This document shows, one piece after another, positions 11,500 through 26,060 of a DNA stretch of 64,000 bases; the stretch's first letter is position 1; each line of letters begins with the position of its first letter. Source of the DNA: Selaginella moellendorffii (taxonomy: Eukaryota; Plantae; Lycopodiophyta). A program made the position numbers and the translations under genes. The stretch spans positions 1,307,129 through 1,371,128 of the forward strand of contig NW_003314306.1 of NCBI RefSeq assembly GCF_000143415.4, given 5' to 3'. The notes under the pieces are model-generated. The model was not told the origin of the DNA, did no database searches, and worked only from the letters and a program-made list of their open reading frames with translations.

Positions 11500-14060
11500 C
11501 ACAGCGTGATTGGTGTGTGGCAACACCCGCCCACCCGCCCAATCTGCCAACAGATCAGGTTAAAGACAAAGAGCGCGCAACCTTTTGATGCCTGGCATAC
11601 ACTCGCCTGCAACTCTCCTTCCCCGAACCCCGCTTCATAACCTCCTTGCTTGGGACTTTCTGGACCGAAACGGCTGGAAGCTGCCAAACAGAACGGAGCA
11701 TTCTCAGCGTAAGCGGTAGCTAACGCTTGACTGCGAGACTGATCTCCTTCACACCAAGTCCAGTCATCATTGACACCAGCCAGTCATCGTCCACATCTCA
11801 ATACAAAATCGGAAAGGTCCAATGCCCCGGCGCTGCAGTGACCATAACATCTCTCTCTCTCTCTAGAAACATCCTTAAATGTAACTGTTGACCTATCGAA
11901 TTTCCAATCACTCCGTGAGCGTGAGGCATGGTACCTTTGGATGCTCTCCGCTCCTGGATGTTAGTGGTGGACAAGGCAAAATATATCTTGCCCGGTCAAT
12001 TTAGAAAGTTTAAACCTACTTTGTGATGGTATTCCGCCCTGCCCGGGACGAAGACATCTCAGACTTGCATTGCCAAAATCATCAAAGATAATCCATGTAA
12101 ACATTCAGCATTGCTCCATGTAAACATTCAGGTAAAAAGATGGCGAGGTGGCTCCTGAAAAAGAAATAATAGGCAACCTGTCATCGATGGCTATAACTCG
12201 GAGCCCTCGTTCCAGAGGTGATGAGATGGATACAAACGTTCCTGTTTGATTGGCACATGGTACATTTCAATAGCGACGTACCAAAACCTTTGGAACATTG
12301 ATGGGAAGTTTTGCTATATCTTGGTCTGCAAGGTAAGCATCAAAAACATTACAGCACGGACCTAGAAAGCTTACAAACTTGGAAAAACTTCCAAGTTACA
12401 GCAAGCGGGTAGAAAACCCGAAGCTTGGATTTGCAGAGCCACACACTGCGTGCTCAATGCAAACCATCACGGCTTCGGTATGAGGTATCAGGGACTGCTG
12501 ATCTGGCCTCCTAGAACTGGAGAGTCGTTAATTCCCCTGAGCAGCTCCCCCGGCTCCAATGGTGCCACAACGAGTGCCACGACATCATCGATGGGCTTGG
12601 CTGGGTCAAAGTCCAACAACTCCTGGAGCCATAGTGGACGTATTCCACTCACGGTAGGCTTGAAGAATGGCGTTCATCGATGATGCACTCGCCTTATTAC
12701 GCCAATGTGCTCAGCTCGGACGGAGATGGCCAACGTATGGTAAGGTCTCTTTTGGGATCCGGCGACTGCCAGCCGAGTTTTCGGCAAGATCATGGCGGCA
12801 GGAGGCGATTGTCACTCGCAGCAGTTTTCTTCCAGAGATTGAGCGTCCACTGATGTCAACTATAGCTTCGTCTCCGGGGTAAGAGCCGGATCATAGAAAA
12901 AAGAAAAAAACGAAACGAAACAAAGATTGACGTCTCATCCTCCGATCTTTGGACCAGCCATAAACTGGCCCTCACTCTCTGGCTCTGGATTGGAGACCAC
13001 TGTGTCTGTGATTTTCCCTCTCTACCAATCCATGTAGGTGAAGTTATTTCTGGACTTGGTGTAGAGAAGCCTGTCGTGAAACTCTGCTCTGCGAACACCA
13101 TAAGCAAAGGACAGAGTGATCTAAGCGATGAGATCCCCGAGCCAACGGTGGCGATCGACAAGCATTTGCCCGCAAATAAAACCTTCTTAAATGCGTGTTC
13201 TCGTCTTACCGAGCAAAAAAGAAAGAAAAGTCAAGATGCAACTCCTTGTAGTAACCTCAAACGTCCCTGGAGTAGATCAATGCAGCAAGCCGCCTGTACA
13301 TCCGCGGTGTTTCACTGAACTTGAAATCACATAAATCGCCTTCCACGCCCTCCTCAAACTCAATCTTGTCAACCTCAACATCACCAGTGATCCGACCATG
13401 GGACGGGTAGCCTCCCTCGGTTTTCGTGATGGGGTAACGTACCTTCGCGTAACACTTGAAGAAGGCCGGGCAAGTCTCGGGCAAGTCGTTAGGCGCCGGA
13501 TGCTGAAGAGACAGCCCATGGTTTTGCACCTATCAGCGTTGTCTCCCTCATTGTGATCTGGAACTTGGATGGGAGGTTCTCTTCTAAAGCGAAGTTAGTT
13601 GGTTCCGCCAGTGGCACTGCCATTTGCCTGAGCTCCTCAACTGAAACATCCCAAATTCTCGAGCTTTAGCTAGATCATCCAAAAACCAATCAAGAACTTA
13701 CAAGTTGTGGGGCATCCAACATAAAGTGGTAGCTTGGACGCACTTAGCCAGAGCCGGACTACTTTTATATCCAAGTTCTCCTCAAACGTGAGGAATGCGC
13801 ATGGTTCCATGAGCCACGCATGAGATTCCTTGACAGAGACAGTGTCACTTTGGCTAGCTTCCTCGCTGGCGAGGCCAAGATTGAAGTCGAGTGGGCGGTT
13901 CACTCGTCCCTCGTCATAGGCCTCGAGCAGAAATTCGAAATCCCTGGGCAACTGTAAGCGAAAGAGCTAGTGTATACTAACCTTCCCAGCAGTAGGGGGT
14001 GGGGGCACGAGCTGTTTGACCAGATCGTAGAGCCAGCCATGGCCTTCTTTGCCCAACTTA
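11500..14060 (-). pseudogene. Probable decayed multi-exon gene of unknown function
   Basis: GC-richer, codon-like minus-strand ORF fragments (13670-13951, 13257-13529) separated by intron-like tracts; stops present; no family recognised. Confidence 0.35.
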
Positions 14061-15301
14061 AATGTGGTAAGGTATTTATAGAGTAGTTTTGTTTTGTCAA
14101 ATATCACTTTTGCATGGAGTTTCCATAATATGAAGGAGAATATAGAGTTTATATTTTTTATATTAATCTTAAATAATATGACATTCACTAAAGTAGTAAT
14201 TTATATTAGTTAAGATAGGCGAGTAGAACATGCTTGGAATCTACATTTGTTATTTCAAAGGTAGTAGATCAATTTCCAATAGATTAACTTGTAGTTATAA
14301 CTACTAAAGCAATAAATAAGTTGATTCTTCAAAAATTCTTGAAGTTGGAAACACTCTGACTCTTTCATCTTAACTATTGATAATAATCTTTTGCTTACCA
14401 ATAAAAGTATAATTTAAAATATTATTTTATGCTTACTTTAAAATATCTTTGCAAAATATGAAATATCATATAGAATTCCAAAAGGAAATCTAATTTTTTT
14501 AGAAGTCCTCAAATCTCAATGGAGTTTTAAAGCTCAAAAATGAATTCAACTATAATTCCTTTCAAAAAATTGCTTTTTTAGGATTAATATAAGTTAAATT
14601 TGAAAAATGATATCATGTTTCTAAATGGTATTGGAAGTGGAGTTGATCTCATTAAATGGATATAACAAAATATGGATTTGCAATACTTATGGGTGTGCTT
14701 TGACTATATATATTGAATTCCCAAATAATCTATAATAACTACTATAGTGTATAACCCTAGGTAAATATGCAATTATTAAGTTATTATGATAATAATGTTC
14801 TCTTATGTAAAGTGTAATTTACAATACAATAAACATTTTATAGTTTCATGAATGATGAAATGTAAACTAATTGGCAAGCTATTAAAATTGTCTACAATGG
14901 TGGTCTAAACAAAGTTTTTAAACTTTTAATTAGTTGAGAGAGGAATTGTCTTTTACATTAGGAGCAAAGTCTATATGAACATACACAAAAATGCATTTGA
15001 GTTAAATACTATGGTAAACACAAATGGTTGTGTAGAAGTTTAATACAAATTCATATGTTTATAATTAGGTGGAAGTAATGTTTAGGAAAAAAAGTGATAA
15101 GCAAGTAAACCAATGCAATTGACAGAGCTGCACCATCCTAAGTACAAATATGTCACTAAAAAGCAAAAAAGACTAATGCTTTCAAGAAACTAAGAGCCTA
15201 GGTACTTCCAAAACAAAGAACAAAAAATTCATAATATTAAATGGGTTATATGTTGATCTAAAGCAAGATATACAATTAAATGAGTTTATGCACTCTAGCT
15301 C

Positions 15302-18300
15302 TGTGAGTGCATGGAATATGGAAAAGGAATACAGAAAATGTGCATATCAATTAACCCAAAAGCCCTAACTTATATACAAGAGTGAGAGGTCCAGATTAAA
15401 ACTAATCCGATGGCTATTAAAATCCCACTATGCTAATATTAGTGTACGGCATTGTAGTTATACACTTGGCCCTCACATCATCCCCTCCTCTCGGAATAAT
15501 GGAAGACCATCAAGGTTCTTTTGTAGATGGGTCAGGACCTAGAGGAATGTCAGGAGGTGGTATTGGTGGATCTATAGGTGGTATTAATTATTCCTGATCC
15601 CTTTGTATGAAGTGTTTTAACCGTTGCACATGCACAATCTATAGAAGATCAGCCTGTTGGACGTTATGCCAAACCTTATAAACTTGTGGTCCAACTTGCC
15701 GCAACACTCAATACGGTCCTTTCCACTAAGCAAGGAGCCCCTTAGATAAACCACGTACCATAAGATGGGGAAAACAGATTAACACTAAGTCATCCACTTT
15801 GTACTCTGCAGGTGGACGATGATGGGAGTTGTAGCACCATTGTTGTCCCACTTATACACAGCCTAAGTGTTTGGCAGACTCTGCTTGGACAAGTGGAAGA
15901 ATGCTCATCAAATACTGATCTCACGACCTAACATTGGCAACTCGTGGCAATCGTGAAGGTAAACCCAGTTCCGTTGGTAATATTAGATCATGATCATATA
16001 AGAGTTTATATAGTGAAGCACCATCAGAACTCTACACCCCTATGTCATATACATACCGAAAAAACAGTAAATAACCATCCCAATTCGAATGTTGAAAGTT
16101 CACATACTTCGCAATCATCCCTTTGAACGTCTAAATAAGCCGTTCCACCAAACCGTTTGATTATAGATGATAAGCACTCATGAAAGTGTGGCGTATCCCC
16201 AACCGAGACGTCAAAACATGAAATGCCTCAGCCATAAATGCGAGACCATTATCTGAAAGAATCTGCTCTGGACAAGAATGCTGGAATACCACTCGATTGA
16301 GGAGGAAGTATTCAATAGCAATTGCAGAGGCGCTAGCAAGAGCACCAACTTCCACCTACTGAGTTAAATAGTTAGAAGTAATAATAACATACTCATTGCT
16401 AGCAGTGGATCGTGGAAAAGATCCCATAAAATCAAACACCACCAACTCAAATGGACGGTAAATTACAATTGACTTCAACCGTCCTTCTGTGGCATGAAGG
16501 GGAGTCTTATGAGCTTGGCACCAAATACAACTATACACATACCGGATAACATTATGTCTTATCTCCGGCTAATAGAAAGACTTGCATAACTTCTCAGTCA
16601 CACAACAATATCCCATATGCCCGCATAGAATAAAAGAATCATGGTGGGCATGGAGAAACCGTGGAATAAAGATGGAAGGCACCACTAACTGTAAAGGATC
16701 ATTAGGATTTGTTCCCACAAAATAAAGAAGGGCATTTTCAAAATGATATTAAGAATGTAAATGTCGGAATGGCAAGTCATTAGCAAGTGATGTAGGATTC
16801 TCAAAGCCATCTTGAAACTTTCAAATCCATAGCTCAATCTTTTAAGCTTCGCGAACTTCCTCAAGAGAAGGTAGATCTTGCTCTGCATCTTGTGGACACT
16901 AAACATCAAGTACAACAACCGCCAATAGCATAGAATCCTTGTTTAGAAAATCCACAGATGTTGGAACAACAGACTCGTCAAAAACATGAGAAGAGAGTGG
17001 AAAAGGAGAGAAGTTTGAGAAAGGGCATCAGCATCAGCCATAAAACTCCTAGGGTGATGAACAACATCAAAATCATATATCTGAAGCTTCAAAGCCCACC
17101 GAGCAATACAACCAATCAGGTTCTTTCGCTTCAATAATGAAGTAACTCACTTTCAAGTAATGTCCGAGAACCATGTAGATATGCATGAAGTTTCTCGAAA
17201 CCCTAAATTGCTATTAAACACTCTTTTTCTGTTGTGGAGTAATTCACCTCTGCTGGTTGTAATATACAGTTTATATACGTAATGGGATGGCACTAACTAA
17301 GCACACTCGGGCTTTCTTGCATTAAGACACCTCCAAGACTAATATCAGAAGCATCCACACTCAAAATAAAAGATCGAGTGTAATCAGGATATGCCAAAAC
17401 CAAAGGAGTCATTAACAGCACTTTGAGATCCACAAACGCCTGCTCACAATCCATAGACCAGATGAAAGATGATATTGATGACTTCAGCAACACTTGCAAC
17501 AATGCAGTGCGATAAAAAAAATGATCCACAAAATGACCGAGATACTGCACCTTGCTCAGGAAGTGTTACACATCATTCATACACTTTGGAATAGGGAACT
17601 TTAGAACAACCATAAGTTTGTCAGAATCAACTTGCAAACCCTCATGGGAAATATGGTATTATTCATGCAAGGTCCCTCTGTTACTCATGCGACTCCTCGT
17701 TTCCAGTGTCTAGACCTTCCACTGCAGCAGCACCAACAAAACTTTGTTGATGCCAAAGTCTCCACCCAGGAAATGGTGGCCGCCAATCTGGAAAATGCCG
17801 ACAACACCAATAAATGTGACCAACTTCATCACATGCCCAACAACGAACATCACAGCCACAACCACGGCCTCGCCCTTGTCCTTGAACTTGAGCAGGAGCA
17901 GCATCAACCTCCATTGGAATAAGACCATCACCCATAAAAAGTGGAGTTGAAGGATGTGCAACGAGAAGTGGAAGAGGCGACATTTTACAACGTTGTGCCA
18001 ATCGAAAAATATTGTCAAGGGTGGCAAGAGCAAGTGCATGCACAAGTCTGACAGGATCTTGACGAAGTGCTGGTCACAACATCCTTAGTTTGATCTGCTC
18101 CGGTATATTTAGCTCTGCACGAAACAAAGGACTTCAGAAACAAACGCCAAATTGCATCACCAACTCAGATGGCCTTTGGCGAAGATGATGCAATTGTTAG
18201 AAGACATCATCACAATCTTCGGCATGTTTAAATGCACGTTTGAAGACATTTGGGAGAACACTCCAATCCTCACAAGTGGCTGCGTTCAAACCATTGTACC

Positions 18301-19000
18301 ACTACAACGCCATCCCTTGGAGACACATGGGAAACTCATATGAACATTAAACATCATCCCAAAAATTATATGTAATAATCACTGTGAAGTGATCGAACCC
18401 ATGGTATAAATCATCCCTAGGATTCCCATGAAGGAACTCCGGCCGAACGTAAAGATTGGCACCAAGAGTAGGAGAAGTTGTACCATATGCCATGAATGCT
18501 GCCATTAGCTGAGTTTGGTTGTTCAATTGCAAACACATAGCATCAAACAATTGTACCAACTACTGCTGCAGAGTTAAAGGAGGAAATTGTTGATTTACCA
18601 TGAAGATGAACAAAAAGGAAAGAGCAAAAAAAAAGAAATGACAAAAAACTAGAAGGAAAGGGAGATCTAAACAATGCAAAAAGCTAGATCTAAACCAAAA
18701 TCCTGAAAAGAAAGAACAAAAAAAAGGAAATGGAAAAAGCTAGATCTAGACGATACAAAAGCTAGATTTAAACCAAAATCCTAAATCCAAACACTCATCA
18801 AGGACAATCACAGATGCTCCTCACTTCCACTAATGTGAGGGCATGGAATATGGAAATAAAATACAAAAAATGTACATATTAATTAACCCAAAAGCCTTAG
18901 CTTATATATAGAAGTAAGTAGTTCGGATTTAAACCAATATGACGGCTAATAAAATCCCACTATGCTAATATTATCGTAGCCGTACACTTGGGCCCTTACA
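15302..19000 (-). mobile_element. Decayed Ty3/gypsy LTR retrotransposon, LTRs 15302-15477 and 18834-19000, 4-bp TSD GCTC
   Basis: TG..CA direct repeats; GCTC at 15298-15301 and 19001-19004; PPT at 15478-15494. Fragments of gag CCHC (CWACDEVGHIYWCC), RNase H (DASDISLGGVL) and integrase (PEQILSDNG). Confidence 0.88.
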
Positions 19001-19821
19001 GCTCCTTATTTTTGGGACAATGATAATATAATAATTTTCCACAATAATGTGATAAGTTTATGTGATTCTGTCTAATGGAAGTTCTACATACATAGTTTGT
19101 TGTAGTTTAAACTATCATATTTATCAGTTAAAGAAGGGGTGAATTTGACAAATTTGGAATTTTAAACTTTGGTTGAAGTAAATTTTAGATTTGAAGAAAA
19201 CACTTTATAACTGTAACCACAAGCTCAACCTTAGTACTTGTCTCAAGAAATTCTAAAAATAAGAAATAACAAACACCTGAAGATTACAAATAATGGAATG
19301 CTAAATTTAATAACTAGTATAAATACTAACTATTAAATAGCAAAATAATAATTTCTTCTGTAAATTAGGTGATAACACAAAACCTTTATTAAATAGCAAC
19401 TATTGCAACTAAGATTATATATTGGTAGTTTACACAAATCTAAAAATTATTAAAATTATTAAAATTATTAATTTTGTTTAAAATACTTGTGTAATAAATC
19501 TAAAACCTTGAAGGAATATTCTTTAATATACTAGAATAATCTAAGAATATTTCTATTAACACGTAGATGTTGCTCACCCTTTACTTGCCACCTACATGAG
19601 AAAAACCAAACATCAATGAGGGAGAAAAGAATGGATGCCATTACTCAAGGTTTGCAAGAGATGCAAAGCAGTCCTAGCCACAACAACCTTTGCAAAGGAA
19701 AAATAAGTAAGCCTACTCCCACTAAGAGAAGAATGGTGTTCAATCTTGGGTGCATAGTGCATATGATGAGTTTTTGTTTAAAATATGCTTGTTGGAACTA
19801 AATTGATACACTATACAACCA

Positions 19822-19900
19822 GGGCAGGTAGCTCAGTGGTAAAGTAGTGATAAAGCACTTAACACTGGTGTAGGAGGTCTTGGGTTCAATCCCCAACAGT
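19822..19900 (+). other. tRNA-derived (SINE-head-like) sequence with Pol III A and B boxes
   Basis: TAGCTCAGTGGT...GGTTCAATCCC, but no proper cloverleaf. Confidence 0.5.
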
Positions 19901-20175
19901 GGTTTTCTCACTTGCTTGATTGCCAAGGTTGTCCAAGATTTAGCAGCTATCTTAACTGCAGATCGTGTCTTATCTTATCTATCGCAGGAAGGGCTTTGCT
20001 TGTCATCATTCCTGCAAAGGTCTCAACCACTGGCTAACCTTGCTGGACGATAAAGCATTCAATTGCTTGATATAATTTTTCTTGTGTCTTATTTTGCAAT
20101 CAATTGCTCACATGCTGGAGAATGGTTTGTGAGTGATCAAGATCTGCTTGCTTCTCCCAAACGTCCTTTGCCTGT

Positions 20176-21610
20176 GCTCCGATACCATTTTAAACTTTGA
20201 GGTAGTTACACATTCTTCTCCCCTAACTACCACTTTGTATTTTCTCCATATAAATATTTACATGGTGTCCATGTTAGCTCGTGGATCCGATCTGGATATT
20301 TCTACTGTGCTCTTGTTGTAAATCTGGATGAATAGCAGTAGACAAAAAGTGAGAAGAGGCAAGAGTCCTCTAGAAATGGACAAGAGCAGATGAGCAAAGA
20401 GATTGCAGATAGTGAGAAGGCAGAGAGAAGAGGAGGAAGAGAATTCACACCATAGTTGTCATACCGCAGCCTCTTATAAACCGGTCTAAGCCAGCTAAGC
20501 CCAGATTAGAACCTTAACAGGCCATCCCCACTTGAGGTCCCCGGGGTGTGGCCTTAAAGATTTTTCATTGTTTGGTTTACCTTCTCTGTTTGGCCATCTG
20601 TCGATGGGTGGTATGCAGAGCTGAAGCTCAGCTTGGTCCCCATGATCTTAGAACCTGCTCAAGAATCTAGAATCTTCGGAGATTATCTCTGCCGGAAGGC
20701 CATGATACTGTACAATTCCCAAACAAAAAATCTCTACCACCTTTCGAGCATCTGCTGTCGTTGCCAGGTCAATTACCACCATGATGGCATCAAAACCAGC
20801 AGCCTTCAATCCTGAGACAAAATCCATTGCTATTGATGCAAATGGAGCTTGAGCAACTGGGACGCTACTGTCTCTGTCTTGCACGCTCTTACCCAACTTT
20901 ACTTCCCTCTGCATCCCGTTTCAATAGAACTGTCTCTTTATCGCAGCCAATGTGCTTGTCATTCCTGGATGACTGGAGAGAAGACGAGTGTGGCACTCCC
21001 CAAAGATTTCTTTACGGATGTCTGATTGACTGCTAATGATGATTTTTCCCTTCCTCCACAGCAAGCCACCTTGAAGGCAATTTCTTGGTGCGTCTCATCT
21101 ACAGATCCTGAGAGCCTATTGAAGAGCACCTTGTGATAGACTGGAGAGCTGGTGTCCTTCGCGAAAAGCTGAGCATTAGCTGCAAAGATAGCTTCTCGAA
21201 CATCTTCGACAGAGCATCTGGAAGGATGTTTTTCTTCCTTGGCCGGAAGTCAATTGTAAAATCCAGATCTTGCAGCTTCTTGATCAATCGTCTCCGCTTT
21301 TTGTTGAGATGAGTTTGCTCCAGCAAGTACTTTAAGCTGTAGTGATCAGTCTGCAATGTGAATCTCATTGGCAGCAAGTAATGTTGCCACTTTTCCACCG
21401 CATGCATCATTGCAAGCATTTACTATTTGTAAGTTGGCAGGCCAGCCTCTTGTGGAGAGAAGCAGTGACTCTTGAAGGCAATAATCCCATGTTCCTGCTT
21501 CAAAACCGCTCCTGTTCCTGCATCTCAGGCATCTGTCTCCACAAAGAATGAGCGCTCAAAGTTGGGAAGCTTCAAGATTGGGGCTGTCAGAATCGTCTCC
21601 TTCAATAGAG
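20176..21610 (-). mobile_element. Degenerate Ty3/gypsy fragment: RNase H/integrase pieces, PPT, LTR (~20190-20519), tRNA-Met PBS
   Basis: MHAVEKWQHYL..TDHYSLKYL and IAMDFVSGL..HGLPAEIISEDSRF; TGGTATCGGAGC (minus) at 20176-20187. An inverted LTR copy lies at ~23147-23262. Confidence 0.75.
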
Positions 21611-24301
21611 AGAGGGTATGTTGATTTATCTCCTCCTATATCCATATGTCCGTGAACAATATGATTACAAAGTTACTTAGTTAAATAATGAATAACCTGA
21701 TGGTGAAGTTAATTTATTTGCAAATAGTAGCATTGAATTAGTTTTGACTTGGTTGTCAATAGTAATCCATTACATATTAAACTAGTGTTAGTACCTTGGT
21801 CCTTTAAGAATTTGCCCATTAACATTCATTTACTATAGATTGTTCTTGAAATAGATTATTGGATAGAAGGTGTGTAATTGGGGCATTAATATTGCTAACA
21901 CTTATATTAGTGAAAGTGGCAATATTATGTCGAGTAGTAAGGAGTTTCTTTAAAACTTAATTTTCATATCATTTTTTGTGTTAGTATTTTGGCTTCACAT
22001 TAAATTTTGAAAGTGATTGAAGAAGAGTGTTTATGCAATATGAATATCTAAAAATATAGTTTTCATGATCAGGTTTTTACAAATGTTGATATTGGATATA
22101 TAGGCATGATATTCAATATTTATACATACAATTGGGTAATGAGAATTTATATTGAGGTGCATCTATGTGAAGTTGTAGATAGAAGGAAGTTGGTTAAATC
22201 TTGAAAATTTACATTCTTGAATTGAAAATCATGCTTTCTCTAGAATGGGAAATTTCTCCTAAATTTTTCTTAGACATCTCTAATGGCTAATTTATTAATC
22301 GTTTTGTTTAAAAACTATTTTGGTGTTGTGAGTCATTGCAAACTAGTGAAGGGGTTAACATTGACTTTGGTTAGCTTGAATTTTAGTAAATAATTTATAT
22401 AATGCAACTATAAAAAGATGTTAACTTTTGGGGTTAAGACAATTAAGTTGGATAGATTTTATAGTGTTATGCTTTATGGTAGATTACACTTTATATTGGA
22501 TTAAACTTTATGAGAATAATGAACTTTCATTGATATTGACTTCATTATGATGTCCTTGCACCTTGGTTGAGGGTGGTAATGTCCAACTTAGTTATTTGCG
22601 TTTAAAATGTTAATACCCATACATGTATCAATATAAATCCATCTCATGGTCTTTACTTTAGTTTTGGCTGAGCATTGATTATGTTTAGTTAGCATCTTTA
22701 GCTATGCTCAGAGTTATTAGCTAGATGTGTTAATAAGTTTATTGTTATTTTATTAGATTCGAGTAGTCATTTTGTTTATTATGCCTAAAGTGTTATCTTT
22801 TTATTAGACAAGTATATGACACAATGATATGAGTTTGGTGTTAGGGTCTTATGAAGGTTCTTGGAAACAAAGGGAAAACCTCATGTCCATCAACCATCCA
22901 CAACTTGGAGGCCAAATAGCCTTGCATTCATTAAAAAGTTCCCACAAGTGGTCCTTATTGTCATCATAGATGCTCTCCATTAAATCCTAGAACTTACCTA
23001 TCAGAAGTGCCAATGTGTGTCCAAGCCCTTATAAAAATAGACTTATAGAAGACATTTGACCCTTATAGCCTTTGAAAACCTGTGAAGCTTTCTAAAATGT
23101 CTATTTTATTAGCAGCTATGTTTAGGCATGTTCATCATGGGAAATTCTCTCACTATCTGCAATCGTTTTGCTCATTTGCTCTTGTCCATTTCTAAAGGAC
23201 TCTTGCCTTCTCATTTCTTATCTACTGCTATTTCAAGAGTCCTTAGAAGTGGTATTGGAGCCTTCTATTAGAAGGGGGGGATAGAGACAGTGAACTCACT
23301 TGGGGAGTGGGGATGGGTTGCAAGTGCAAAGAAACAAAGGGAAACAGAGGGATATATGGTTGAATTTAATTTTAGGTCCGTTAGTACTAAGTTGGGTAAA
23401 CTCATGAGAAATTTAAATTCAAAAGCTTACATTTGGCATAAAAAAAGTCTCAGATCCAACTTTTTTTGTTGGTTAGAGGAATTACACCACATGTTGAGAT
23501 TAATATTAACAAATTTAATTTGTCTCCATCTAAGTTTGACACAAGGGGGTGTCAAGTAGGGAGAGTTGTAACTCTCAACTTTTGTTCATGAGGGTATAAA
23601 TTTATAGAGAAACGTGATGAATTGTAAATAACCAAAAGGAACAATTTAAAAAATGATTTATAGGGGTTAAATATAAAGGGACATGAATCATAAAGAAAAA
23701 TGCACCCCCTTTTCCAATTGGTTACTTGGGATATTTAGGATTTAAGTAGTATTGGAATGAGTTATTAAAGGTATAATGTTTCATTAAAGGTTTGAACTCA
23801 ATGAATTCAAAGAGGGTTTAAGGATAGAAGAATGGGTAATAAGGTCAAGAAACTTTGTTTGGACCATAAAGAAAAGGGTAATTATTTTTATTACTACAAA
23901 GTTAAACATTAATGCAAGGATTTTCTTTTTGTGAAGAGTTTAGAGAATGCTAAAATGAATATGGTGGAATCCATTGTATATAAGCATCCACATCATGTGG
24001 TAAAAATTCAAAAACCAAAGTCTCAAGTTCATAGCAACTCTATAGAACTTAATGATTCTATGTGCAATCAACTTGTGAAGGCCAAGGAGAACATTCAAGG
24101 TAGTGATGTTAGGATCATTTTTAATCCAGATATTACATACAACTTTTGAGTTTTAATGTGGTAAAAAAAACTTGGTTTATCTATGAAAAAGAGCTTGGTA
24201 ATCTATAAGGTGATTATAGTTGATAGATATAACACTTATATTTATAGTGAATTAGCTTTGAGTGTTCTTTGACATTTAAAGGATCTTAACCATCTACATA
24301 A

Positions 24302-24628
24302 CCAACCACTTAAGATATTAAGTTAACTCTTATTAGGATGTATTGCTCTTTGTTTAGTGTCAAGTTTGGGTTTAAGCCCAAGCTCCTAAATGTATTGTAG
24401 AGATAGTGGTTGGAAGTATAGCCAACCACTTAAGATATTAAGTTAACTCCTATTAAGATGTATTGCTCTTTGTTTAGTGTCAAGTTTGGGTTTAAGCCCA
24501 AGTTCCTAAATGTATTGTAGAGATAGTGGTTGGAAGTATAGCCAACCACTTAAGATATTAAGTTAACTCCTATTAAGCTATATAGCTCTTTGTTTAGTGT
24601 CAAGTTTGGGTTTAAGCCTAAGCTCTAT
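24302..24628. repeat. 120-bp tandem repeat (~2.7 copies) in a dispersed repeat also present at ~32300-33540
   Basis: CCAACCACTTAAGATATTAAG recurs at 24302, 24422 and 24542. 23640-24760 is similar to 32500-33540. Confidence 0.85.
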
Positions 24629-24826
24629 ATTATTCTAAGGTATTGGTATGCTGAATTTTGCTAAACTCCATGTAATATTGTTTTACATATAAATTGTATA
24701 TAGGATTTTAAGTATATACTAAACCTTTATTTTATAGTGCAACAGACTCAAAGTTATAAGCAGGTCATTACTTTTGTTTTTTGAAAAACTTCTTGGCAGG
24801 CTAGGAGAAGGAGAACGCTCAAAAGG

Positions 24827-26060
24827 ATGAGAGGTATTCATATGCAATATGTGGTGGTAGTCACCTTGCTCTCGCCACACTACGCTTGGTCACCAACAGT
24901 TTTCCATAGCCAGCTATGGAAGGCCAAGAACAAGCTCTGGCTACCGAATTCTGGATGCTCCAAATGGCTATCAGCTCAATGTGCTACTTGGGCTGCCTCG
25001 CCTCCACCGGGTCCTTCAAACGACGACGAAGATACTATTGCTCGACACGTGGAGATGTTAGCTTTACTGGGTGGAGAGGTGGAAAAATCAGTGACAGAAT
25101 CTCAAGCTCAGGAGCTTCTGTCGTCCATTCGCCTTCTAGTTCCACCAACGCTGAGAAGCTCGTCATACCGGTCCAGGGGAGTTTCTCGAGTAGAAAAGCC
25201 AGAGCGAATGTGGAGGTTGATAAGGGAACCTCCGGCTTCTGTTGCGAACTTAAGCCAGGAAATCCGTGGAATGGGCTGGGGAGCCTGACGCTATACTAGC
25301 GGAGCTGGATTCGGCACTTCACAAGGTAGAAGTTGGTATTTTCCCTTCGAAACTTCAGCTGAAATTTTCGCCAGGTCCCCGATGTTGAGAATTCGAACGC
25401 TAGCAAGTGCGTGCTTACCAAGCACGATTGTGCCAAGCGTTTTGTTGATCAGGTTCGTTGAAGATACAGCGCGCTCTTAACTATGTGTTGCTTGCAGGAA
25501 ATCAACTCGTACATGGCATTCTTATTTGAAGCAATTGTGGCTCTAGCTCCCTTGGCAGGTTTTAACGTTTCTGTAAACTGCTACGATCTTTTCCACGGCC
25601 ACATGTTTACTGCTTACGGCACTGGAAGGCTCGGTATTCTGTAAGCTTGCCTGCTCAAACGCTAGTCACCATGACTGAATGTTTGTAACTTTGCAGGTTT
25701 CATTGTCAAGAGTACCCCGAGCATGACAAGAACAACTTTGCCCTGAACCTCGGCTATTGCCAAACGGGTAAGCGAATGCCTCAATGCAGCGCCTTAGAGC
25801 ATTTGACAGGATCATTCGTTCCTTACGACAGCAGCATGAACTTAAGAAACATTATCTGGCTCGCACCAATGCCGTCGTGTACCAGCCACAAATGCTCGGC
25901 TAAATGGCTCGCACCAGGTAACTCTTGGACTGCAAATATACTAACATCGATCAAAATTTGCTTGAACTCGTTGCAGGTGCGCTCTTCATCTTGGATGCCA
26001 AGCCTGGTGGCGTTGTGTTTAAGGAGCTCGTTTCGGAATGGGTTGATGTGAACTGTGATT
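24827..26060 (+). CDS. Conserved plant uncharacterised protein, multi-exon (3' end possibly truncated)
   Basis: Spliced reading EINSYMAFLFE..YDLFHGHMF..GRLGILFHCQEYP..LGYCQTGS..MNLRNIIWLAP..WLAPG, joined by short GT-AG introns. Confidence 0.65.
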
